DNA of 64,000 nt, from contig NC_043007.1 in the NCBI RefSeq assembly GCF_006345805.1, positions 22,506,001-22,570,000 on the forward strand, in the 5' to 3' direction. Made by a program: the position numbers and the translations under genes. Source of the DNA: Octopus sinensis (lineage: Eukaryota). Under the pieces are notes generated by a model that worked only from the letters and a program-made list of their open reading frames with translations, was not told the DNA's origin and ran no database searches. Each line of letters opens with the position of its first letter. Position 1 is the stretch's first letter. Shown here in pieces: positions 1-11,100 of the stretch.

Positions 1-388
1 CTCTTCCGGGATGGATGGATGGATGGATGATTGACCAAGAAGCTCCCGTATGGTTTTACAAGCAGTTTTAACAGGTGGCACCTTGACAAGTGTCTTCTAC
101 TACAGCCCTGGGCTGACCAATATACCGTGTAAGTGATTTTGGTAGGTGGAAACTATGTGGAAGCCCGTCATATATATATGTATGTGTGTGTTTGTATTTG
201 TTCTCCACTCTGGCCACTTTACAACTGTGTTGGTTTGTTTATGTCCCTACAACTTGGTGGTTTGGCAAAAAGGGCCAATAAAATACTTATAAATAAGTAC
301 TGGGATTGACTTGGAGGTTTTGCCCCAGCATGGCCACAGTCCAATGACTGAAGCAGCTAAAAGATATATATATTTATAGAGACACATA

Positions 389-590
389 TTCTTTTGCTCT
401 TTTATCTGTTTCAGTCATTTTGACTGCAACTAAGCTGGAGCACCACCTTTAGTCGAACAAATCGACCCCAGGACTTATTCTTTGTAAGCCTAATACTTAT
501 TCTATCGGTCACTTTTGCTGAACCATTAAGTTATGGAGATGTGAACACACCAACTTCAGTTGTCAAGTGATGGTGTGGGGACAAACACAG

Positions 591-628
<38 letters not shown>
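389..628 (-). mobile_element. SINE family A, 3' half (split element)
   Basis: Matches the tail half of full copies such as 21592-22017. Confidence 0.85.
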
Positions 629-629
<1 letters not shown>

Positions 630-640
630 ATAATAATAAA

Positions 641-1657
641 TAGAAATACGGGATGAATTAAAGTTCAAGGATTTCTTATCTTGGGATCACTTCGTTTACG
701 GACAGTCTTGGCAAAAGGAATTCGGAATCAAGAATGAGGCAGGTTACTAGCTTAAGTATGCATAGGAGTCCAGACAGACAATGTAAAAAGAGGGGGAGAG
801 AAGGGCGCGAAGAATCGGCAGCCAATTTCTATCAGCCCTGTAAGGGAGAATAGATCTTAAATATCTATAACGATAACTAGTGAATTATACAGAATATGCA
901 AAAACGAGGCGAGGCTGAAATAGTAAACAGAGTGGCGTCTAGGGGGATCAGAATAATAATAATTAATAAATAATAATAATAAATAGAAATACGGGATGAA
1001 TTAAAGTTCAAGGATTTCTTATCTTGGGATCACTTCGTTTACGGACAGTCTTGGCAAAAGGAATTCGGAATCAAGAATGAGGCAGGTTACTAGCTTAAGT
1101 ATGCATAGGAGTCCAGACAGACAATGTAAAAAGAGGGGGAGAGAAGGGCGCGAAGAATCGGCAGCCAATTTCTATCAGCCCTGTAGGGAGAATAGATCTT
1201 AAATATCTATAACGATAACTAGTGAATTATACAGAATATGCAAAAACGAGGCGAGGCTGAAATAGTAAACAGAGTGGCGTCTAGGGGGATCAGAATAATA
1301 ATAATTAATAAATAATATAATAAATAGAAATACGGGATGAATTAAAGTTCAAGATTTCTTATCTTGGGATCACTTCGTTTACGGACAGTCTTGGCAAAAG
1401 GAATTCGGAATCAAGAATGAGGCAGGTTACTAGCTTAAGTATGCATAGGAGTCCAGACAGACAATGTAAAAAGAGGGGGAGAGAAGGGCGCGAAGAATCG
1501 GCAGCCAATTTCTATCAGCCCTGTAAGGGAGAATAGATCTTAAATATCTATAACGATAACTAGTGAATTATACAGAATATGCAAAAACGAGGCGAGGCTG
1601 AAATAGTAAACAGAGTGGCGTCTAGGGGGATCAGAATAATAATAATTAATAAATAAT
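641..1657 (+). repeat. Tandem array, 3 copies of a ~343 bp unit
   Basis: tagaaatacggg recurs at 641, 984, 1325; units differ only by single-base indels. Confidence 0.97.
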
Positions 1658-1658
1658 A

Positions 1659-2151
1659 TTATTCTGATCCCCCTAGACGCCACTCTGTTTACTATTTCAG
1701 CCTCGCCTCGTTTTTGCATATTCTGTATAATTCACTAGTTATCGTTATAGATATTTAAGATCTATTCTCCCTTACAGGGCTGATAGAAATGGCTGCCGAT
1801 TCTTCGCGCCCTTCTCTCCCCCTCTTTTTACATTGTCTGTCTGGACTCCTATGCATACTTAAGCTAGTAACCTGCCTCATTCTTGATTCCGAATTCCTTT
1901 TGCCAAGACTGTCCGTAAACGAAGTGATCCCAAGATAAGAAATCCTTGAACTTTAATTCATCCCGTATTTCTATTTATTATTATTATTTATTAATTATTA
2001 TTATTCTGATCCCCCTAGACGCCACTCTGTTTACTATTTCAGCCTCGCCTCGTTTTTGCATATTCTGTATAATTCACTAGTTATCGTTATAGATATTTAA
2101 GATCTATTCTCCCTTACAGGGCTGATAGAAATTGGCTGCCAATTCTTCGCG
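1659..2151 (-). repeat. Inverted ~1.5 copies of the 343 bp unit (fold-back arm)
   Basis: Reverse complement of about 1148-1640; symmetry centre about 1641-1658. Confidence 0.96.
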
Positions 2152-2217
2152 GTGCGACCACCACCACCAATACCGAATATCTCTATTTTGCTCCAACTAT
2201 ACCGGATGTCGTTTCTC

Positions 2218-3307
2218 CCACCACCATTATAGGTGTCTACTCTTTGAACCCCCCTCTTCAATACGCTATTTCACCATGCATTACCCCTCTCTCGATATCC
2301 TACGTTCTACTTGACTAGAACCTGTCCTCTGAACCACCCCTCCCACTGGTGTTCCCCTATATTTCTGCACCCCCCCACCACCATTATAGGTGTCTACTCT
2401 TTGAACCCCCCTCTTCAATACGCTATTTCAGCATGCATTACCCCTCTCTCGATATCCTACGTTCTACTTGCCTAGAACCTGTCCTCTGAACCACCCCTCC
2501 CACTGGCGTTCCCCTATATTTCTGCACCCCCCCACCACCATTATAGGTGTCTACTCTTTGAACCCCCCTCTTCAATACGCTATTTCACCATGCATTACCC
2601 CTCTCTCGATATCCTACGTTCTACTTGCCTAGAACCTGTCCTCTGAACCACCCCTCCCACTGGTGCTCCCCTATATTTCTGCACCCCCCCACCACCATTA
2701 TAGGTGTCTACTCTTTGAACCCCCCTCTTCAATACGCTATTTCACCATGCATTACCCCTCTCTCGATATCCTACGTTCTACTTGCCTAGAACCTGTCCTC
2801 TGAACCACCCCTCCCACTGGTGTTCCCCTATATTTCTGCACCCCCCCACCACCATTATAGGTGTCTACTCTTTGAACCCCCCTCTTCAATACGCTATTTC
2901 ACCATGCATTACCTCTCTCTCGATATCCTACGTTCTACTTGCCTAGAACTTGTCCTCTGAACTACCCCTCCCACTGGTGCTCCCCTATATTTCTGCACCC
3001 CCCCACCACCATTATAGGTGTCTACTCTTTGAACCCCCCTCTTCAATACGCTATTTCACCATGCATTACCCCTCTCTCGATATCCTACGTTCTACTTGCC
3101 TAGAACCTGTCCTCTGAACCACCCCTCCCACTGGTGCTCCCCTATATTTCTGCACCGCCCCACCACCATTATAGGTGTCTACTATTTGAAGCCCCCTCTT
3201 CAATACGCTATTTCACCATGCATTACCCCTCTCTCGGTATCCTACGTTCTACTTGCCTAGTACCTGTCCTCTGAACCATCCCTCCCACTGGTGCTCCCCT
3301 ATATTTC
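2218..3307. repeat. Tandem array, 7 copies of a 157 bp unit (C-rich + strand)
   Basis: cattatagg at 2225, 2382, 2539, 2696, 2853, 3010, 3167. Confidence 0.97.
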
Positions 3308-3550
3308 TAAGCACCATCCGAACGTGGCCGATGCCAGACCCCTCTGGCACCTGTGCAGGTGGCACGTAAAAAACACCCACTACACTCGCGGAGTGGTTGG
3401 CGTTAGGAAGGGCATCCAGCTGTAGAAACACTGCCAGACTAGACTGGAGCCTGGGGCAGTCCCGAGCTCCCCAGACCCCGGTCGAAACCGTCCAACCCGT
3501 GCTAGCGCGGAAAACGGACGTTAAATGATGATGATGATGATGATGATGAT
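3308..3550 (+). mobile_element. RTE LINE 3' UTR end with (GAT)n tail
   Basis: Same sequence as the 3' end of the ORF-bearing copy at 11684-13080. Confidence 0.9.
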
Positions 3551-3745
3551 ATATACATATACATATACATATACACACATACATACAACAAGCTTCTTTC
3601 ACTTTCCGTTTACCAAATCTACTCACAAAGCTTTGGTCAGCCTGAGCTTATAGTAGAAGTCACTTGCCCAAGGTGCCATGCAGTGGAACTGAACCCGGCA
3701 CCATGTGGTTGGAAAGCAAGCTGCTTACCACACAGCCACTCCTGC
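3551..3745 (-). mobile_element. SINE family A, 5' half (tRNA-like head) of the split element
   Basis: Reverse complement reads gcaggagtggctgtgtggtaagcagc...ccttgggcaagtg. Confidence 0.85.
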
Positions 3746-4149
3746 AACTATTGTGAACCGTGTTACACTTAACAGGGGGCTGATTTATGGTAACATAGGC
3801 TGGTGATTGAAGGTTCTCCTTGTACTGCAAGAAACACACCCCAGCAACTACCCACAAAGCTCAGCTACCCAGGATACACAGGCTTGTTACTTGTGTTTAC
3901 ATGACCATGCTGTGAGGCTACATTTTTTTTTTTATTAGGGTTTATATACTTACACTCACCAACAGGGGACCAGTGAGGCAGAAAAAATACAAAGGCCCCT
4001 GATCTTAACAAATGACACAGATGAGTGCATTCTGTATATGAAAAGGTAGAGACGATCAAATAAATCCATAACAGTGGAAGGTTCACTAGTGTGGGGTGTG
4101 ATTCGTTTATCACTGATTAATTAATCACTTTTCTTCTTTTTTTTAACTA

Positions 4150-4945
4150 AACCTTCGTGATAAACGCGAATAGATGTATAGACGTTCAGCGACATGCAAC
4201 CAAGAGAAACCCTCCATCAGGCATTTGCCATATTCTGAACGCCTTACTTCCCTAGGCATGGATACATTGAAACTCCGACATCTGGCAGCTGATTTGGCAG
4301 ACACCCATAAAATTATTAACCATCTTACAAACAATAACTCTGAGCACCTTTTCAAACTCCAACTGTCTAACACCCGTGGACATGTTTACAAAGAAAACAG
4401 CACAGCTCCCATGACTTTAGGAAACATTTTTTTCACACTAAGAGTTGCTGAAGCATGGGACAAACTGCCAGCATCAGTTATTAGTTGTCGGAGCACTGCA
4501 TCCTTCAAAACTTCCATGCTTCTTGAGATTCGCTAACACTACACCTGATTTTCTCCCCTCCATACAGACGCAAGCATGTATCTGACTCATACACTGTTCA
4601 CTTCCCAGACATTTGTACATTACTGCATATGCTTTATATGCACTTTTGACAAGTTGTGGTGCACCTGAGCACTGTATACAATAATTTTATTACTATTATA
4701 CATACATACATACATACATACATCCTTCAAAAGTCGGAGCACTGCATCCTTCAAAACTTCCATGCTTCCTGAGATTCGCTAACACTACACCTGATTTTCT
4801 CCCCTCCATACAGACGCAAGCATGTATCTGACTCATACACTGTTCACTTCCCAGACATTTGTACATTACTGCATATGCTTCATACGCACTTTTGACAAGT
4901 TGTGGTGCACCTGAGCACTGTATAAAATAATTTCATTATATTATA
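4150..4945 (+). mobile_element. CR1-group LINE 3' fragment with tandem duplication of its last ~215 bp
   Basis: RRxxx...LPYSERL..LG...NTRGH...FFTLRVAEAWDKLP...SFK ORF2 tail; 4730-4945 repeats about 4484-4700; same family as 51053-51498. Confidence 0.85.
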
Positions 4946-5050
4946 TTGTGTGCAACAAACAAGGGAGGCTACTTAGTTATATAATCACTAGTTGTAGTTC
5001 ACTGATCGTCAGTTATCTAACTTAGTACCGCTGTGTTGTTATCTTTGCAG

Positions 5051-5158
5051 GATGTATTTGAAGAAGATTGAGGATGCTGAACAGAAGATCTCTACTTTGA
5101 GGAAGCAACAGAAGGAAACGGTCAAAGTTGCCAACATTACGTCACAAAATGAGAAAAA
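5051..5158 (+). CDS. KIF27: KIF7/27-like exon: MYLKKIEDAEQKISTLRKQQKETVKVANITSQNEK
   Basis: ttgcag acceptor, gtaagt donor, phase 2-2, 108 nt. Confidence 0.88.
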
Positions 5159-8100
5159 GTAAGTTGACGATGATTCACACCAATGTTAATTCAGGGTTTG
5201 GCACAGCAACAAGTGCAGCAAAGGAAGTGGAGGCGCAATGGCCCAGTGGTTAGGGCAGCGGACTCGCGGTCGGAGGATCGCGGTTTCGATTCCCAGACCG
5301 GGCGTTGTGTGTGTTTATTGAGCGAAAACACCTAAAGCTCCACGAGGCTCTGGCAGGGGGTGGGATGGCGACCCCTGTTGTAGTCTTTCGCTCCAACTTT
5401 CTCTCACTCTTTCTTCCTGTTTCTTGTCTCCGACTTCCTACGCAATCGCTGACCCTGGATGCACATTCAAACATCCGTCGATGCTCTCGGTGTCGGGAGT
5501 TGTTCAGCTAAAAGTCTTCGAGGCGGTGCCCCAGCATGGCCACTGTCCAAAGACCGCAACAAGTGAAATATAAAAGATTCCCATTACTTAATAAGAAGCA
5601 CACCTTGGCCCTTACTCAAAAGTTTTTCCTTCTTTAATTGGACAGAATTGAAGACTTGAAACTGTCTGTACTGAAAATGAAGCAACAACATGAGACTTTG
5701 CAGAGAAAATTAAAAGAAGAACATGACAAGAAATCTAAAATAGAGGTAAAGTTTCAAGATTTAGTTTTGCTTTGTTTTGTGCTTTTTTTTTGTTGTTGTT
5801 TTTGTTTCTACTATTTGTCTTAATTTTAGTGGGTGGATGTTTAACCTCAAATTAACTTTTATCAGTTTCTGAATATTATTTTCATAAAAGATATGTATAA
5901 ATAATGAATGAGTGGTGTGGTGTTTGTGGTGTTATGGGCTGTGATGAGCTATGTGGTGTTGGTGGAGAGGATTGCAGATGAGGCAAATGGAAGTGAAGAC
6001 TGCAAGGGCTGGCAGAAGAGGTATAGGGGCATGCGTGGGCAAAAAGCATGATTGGGGAGTTTGATGAAAGACAGTAGCGTGCAAGGACATGTTTATGTCT
6101 TGACAGTGATCGCTCATCCCGCCGAGGTCGACAGGTAAGGTCTCTGTATTTCTTTCTCCCTCTTGCTTCTTTTACTGTCGTCTTTTTCCTCCATCACACT
6201 ACAAGAGGAAATTGAACCGGTGAGTGTGTTAGATAATAATGCATTTACACTCTTGATATCAACCCAGCTGAAACTGCCTCTGGCCCTGTAGTACAAATGT
6301 CTTTTTTTCATAAGTTTTGAATTAAAATCTTCCACCAAACCTTAGTCACAATTTATGTTCCTAACACTAGCTGAATGATAACAAAGTTATTGTACTAAAT
6401 TCTTTGTTATATTTAAAGTAACTGAAAGAAACACAGAGCATCTCAACAAAAATATGGTAACAAAAGAGTTAAGACAATACGATTCTCCCCAGACAACAAA
6501 ATATCCTTTACTTGTTTTAGCTATTGGACTGTGGCCATGCTGGGGCACAACCTTGAAGGGTTTCGTTGAACGAATCAACCCCAGTACTTATTCTGTTTGT
6601 CGCTTTTGCCAAACAGCTAAAATAACTGGTGCTCTGTTAGTTAGGACAACACCAGTTCCAGCTGATCCGATCAACAGGCCAGACTGCTCATGAAATTAAT
6701 GTTCAAGTGACTGAGCACCCCATAGACACATGTACCCTTAACATAGTTCTCAGGGAGATTCAGCATGGCACAGAATGTGACAAGGTTGGCCCTTGAAGTA
6801 CAGGTAGTCTTCATTCTTGCCAGCTGAGTGGACTGGAGCAACATGAGATAAAGTGTCTTGCTCAAGGACACAGCATGCTGCCAAGAATTGAACTCATGAC
6901 CTTATAATTGTGAGCCAAATATCCTAACCGCTTAGCCACAGGCCTCCACCTCTGAACTGCTTAGTTATAAGCAAATAAACAAACCAGCATGTTTGTCAAG
7001 TGGTGGATAGTGGGGTCAAACAAACACACACACACACACATAGGCTTCCATACAGTTTCTGTGTATCAATTGCACTCACAAGACATTGATTGGCCCAGGA
7101 ATATAGTAGAAGATACCTGCCCAAGATTCCACAAAGTGGTATTGAACATGAAACCATGTGGTTGCAAAGCAGTCTCGTAAACCAGTCAGTCCCCAGACCC
7201 ACAGGCTTCTTGTTTTATATGATAGAGATGATAAAGCAGTATCAGTGATCTCTGCAGGTCCTACATGGTTGGTGTGTTTGACTCAGTTTGATAGAACATC
7301 TCTAGAGAAACCATGGTAAGGGAAGGAAATTCTTGTTGCAGTTTTATGGCCTAATTATGTGAAGGGTCAGATTGGATTGGATTGTCCATGTTTAGTCTAC
7401 TGCAGGATGAAGGTCTCAGCATGTTCTCTCCATCAACCATGGTTTGATGTGGGGACCATGAATTTGAACCTGTGGTCATACTGGTTTGGTCTACCATGCT
7501 ATGCCTACAGAGAGCTGAATGAGAACAGTGTACTGCCATGGCTCCAGTAAAGGGTTGGGTTCAAAATTCCAATACAACTAAGTCCAACACAAGACACCTG
7601 GAGAAAGCTGAAGTGTACAACAGCCTAAACACAGAGAAAGCAGCGGCCAAGATTAGGACACCGTCTGACTAATATAAAAAGAATACATAATATAATTCCT
7701 TGTCTTAGAAATAAAGAATTAAATAAGGAGGAAGGTCTCAGCATGTTCTTTCCACTAACCATGGTTTGATGTGGAGGCTAAGAATTTGAGCTTGTGATCA
7801 TACTGGTTTGATCTACCATGCTATGCCTGCAGAGAGCTGAATGAGAACAGAGTACCCTCGTGAATTCAATAAAGGGTTGGGTTCAAAATTCTGATACAAC
7901 AACTTGAGTTCAGCACAAGACACCTGGAGAAGGCTGGAGTGCTCAACAACCAAAACGTAGAGAAAACAGCAATCAAGATGAGAACACCGTCCAACTAATA
8001 TAAATGTTATACTTAATACAGGCATTGTATGAGGCATTCTCTTCTTCATGTTACTGATTCAGCTTATCCTTCGCAATTTTGAGACATAACATTGTCAAGA

Positions 8101-11100
8101 TGAACTTAGGCAATGAATATGTCCCAACCCTTCGTCTTGTAGATTTGGCTGTATTTATCATTTCTCCTTTTTCCCAGCGAGTGATGCAGCGAGAGAAAGT
8201 TCGTGTGAAGCAACTGGAACAGCGTAACCTCCAGCAGCAGAAAATCTTGAAAAGGAAGAACGAGGAAATTGCTCAAGCTCAGCGTAAACTACGTGGTGCT
8301 TCCTTGCCTCGAATTAACAGGTAAAACCTTCTGTTTCCTTCTGGAAGAGATATCTCTGTGTGTACATGTGTGTATGCGTGTGTTTATATATTGGTTAGTG
8401 TGGAGGCGCAATAGCCCAGCGGTTAGGGCAGCAGACTCGCAGTCATAGGATCACGGTTTCAATTCCCAGACTGGGCGTTATGAGTATTTTTTGAGTGAAA
8501 ACACCTAAAAGCCCCACAAGGCTCTGGCAGGGGGTGGGGTGGCAATCCCTGCTGTACACTTTCACCACAACTTTCTCTCACTCTTTCTTCTGTTAGCCAG
8601 CAGGGTGGCATCATGACCTGACACATTTGTAGGCTTAATAAAAGCGAAATAGAGAAAAGAATGAAAAAAATGTTATTAAACCTACAAATGTGTCAGATCA
8701 TTTTGCCCCACCCAGCCATAGAAAACCATGCCAAATCAGACTGGTGTCTGGTGCAGCCCCTCACCTTGCCAGGCCTGGTCAAACCATCCAACTCATGTCA
8801 GCATGGACAACGGATGTTAAATGATGATGATGCTGAGTGAGTGTGCATATATTACATTGAGAACAAGTGTCTGTTTAAGTCATTATGGTGCTTGATAGCA
8901 GACCAAAAGGTCACTGGTTCATAGTTTGTCTTTGATGTATATGTGAAATTTTTAATCCAGACATCTTTTTCTCTCCCTCCATTTTTTTCCTCTCTCCATT
9001 GTTTCCCATCCTCATTCCTTTCTGTAGAAGATCATAGGTTTGAAACATCAAAAACTTCTTCCATTTTCCATGAGCGTTAAACTAATACATCTTGTTTGTT
9101 GTTCTCTCACCTGTCTTTCATTCTTTGTATAATTTCAAGCCCTCCCCCCCACACACAAACATATTCAACATATGGAACTGTTAATCCAGACACACTTCTC
9201 TCTATTTTTTTTCCTTTTTCCATTTCTCTTTTCTTCATTCCCTTCTGTACAAGAGCATAGGTTTGAAACATCAAAGACTTCTTCCATTTTCCCTGAGCAT
9301 CAAACTAATACACCTTATTTGTTGTTTTCTCACCTGCCACTGTCTTTTTTTTTTTTTTTGGTGGGTGGGTGACAGCGTACAATTTTAAACTATATTATTA
9401 CAATGCATCCATATATGTTTTAGTATTTAAAAAAATTTTTGTTGATATTCTTTTTTTTCTTTTTAATTCTAATCATGATCATCTCATTTGTAATATTATG
9501 CAAACTTGGAGCCCAGCAGAAAGTCACAAATTTAAAGAGTTTTGGCACCTAAAATGAAGTAGTTTTGAAGGGCAATATCAGTTTGCCTTATTTTCGGCTT
9601 CATATGACCTCACCTTCATGTGAATCAGAAAGGAAACTTCCATCAAAGTTTCCTTTTCTGATTATTGTTATTCTTGATGTTGATGGTTATGGTGGCAGTG
9701 GTTGTTTGTTCTTTCTCAAACCATGCCTGACTCATAAAGGCCGGTTTCCCGGTTTCCTTGGCGTATAGGTTCCCCACCTGGACGGGACGCCGGTCCGTCG
9801 CAGGTGAGCTGCAAGATGCAGCAGGAAAGAGTGAGAGAAAGTTGTGGCGAAAGAGTCAGCAGAAGTTCGCCATTACCTTCTGCCGGAGCCACGTGGAGCT
9901 CAGGTGTTTCGCTCATAAACACACACATCGCCTAGTCTGAGATTCGAACCCGCAATCCCTTGACCGCAAGTTCGCTGCTCTAACCACTCGGCTATGTGCC
10001 TCCATGGTGGCAGTGGTGGGAATGATGATGTTGATGGTGATGGTGATGGTAGTGGTAAGGGGAAATTATTCGAAACTGTCTTCTGTTTCTGGCAGTGGTA
10101 ACCATGACTCGATGGAGGAGAAGAAACGGCAGCTGGACCTTGAAGTTGAGAAAATACTAGACCAGCGCCAACAGCTTGAAGAACTTCAGAAGGTTTGCTG
10201 TTTATGTCTTTTTTTTTTTTTACTAAAAAATTTGAAGGGTGTTAAATTTGTGTTTTGTTATAACCTCATAACCTACTGGTTTGTTGGGACACCGTTAAAA
10301 GACTCCCCTTCAGTAATTTCCTGTTGCTTTTACAACACCCTTGGTATGAATTAAGATCAATATTGTAAGCTAATGAAACCCTTGGTAGTAGTAATGTATC
10401 TACTGCCTACACCAATGAACTTTAATTCCCCGTGGCACCTGTATACGGCTAAGTTGACTGAGTTGCTCAAAATAGTGTTTTCCAGGGACAAAATGCAGTG
10501 AATTTCTTATATTACCATATTTGATGGCATATAAGACACACTTTTCCCCAATAAAAAAATGTCTCAAAATATCACTTTGTGCCCTATATGCAAAATTGGC
10601 CCTATATAATGTGCTTTTGGGTTGGATTGGATTGGATTGAATTGCTGATGCTCAGTCCACTGCAGGACAAAGGCCTCAGCATGTTCGCTCTTCCATCCAC
10701 AGTTTGATGTGGTGGCCATGAATTTGAACTTGAAATCATACTGGTTTGATGACCCCCCCCCCCCCCGCCACACTGGCTCAACATGGCATAGCAGGGGGTT
10801 GCAGTTTTTTATTTTTTTTATTTTTTACACTCATATCCAATTACATCGTACCCAATGTCCAAATGATTCTTATTTTATTGACTCTGAAATGATGAAAGGC
10901 AAAATGAACCCTTCAGCAGCATTAAAGTAAGTTATAGGGTTTATATGCTAATTGCCTTATTTAAAAAAAACTCCTAATTAATTGAAATGTCCCTCTTAGT
11001 TGGAGAAAGAAAGCAAAATCAAAAAAGAAAAACATTAACAGCAGTTATTAGAGACTGTCAAAGAGAAAGGAAAGTAATTTCAATAAATGAAGAATTAAAT

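Noticed and set aside
641-3307. Possible ribozyme or coding content in the 343 and 157 bp units
   Set aside because: No CUGANGA/GAAA pair with stems found on either strand by eye; only short, unrecognisable ORFs.
1-5050. Further upstream kinesin exons
   Set aside because: No open, splice-bounded segment with kinesin-4 similarity found; upstream exons probably lie outside the window.
5229-5305. tRNA genes at SINE heads (here and at 21592, 28153, 30901, 44571)
   Set aside because: A and B boxes are present, but cloverleaf stems are incomplete and each continues into a multi-copy body.
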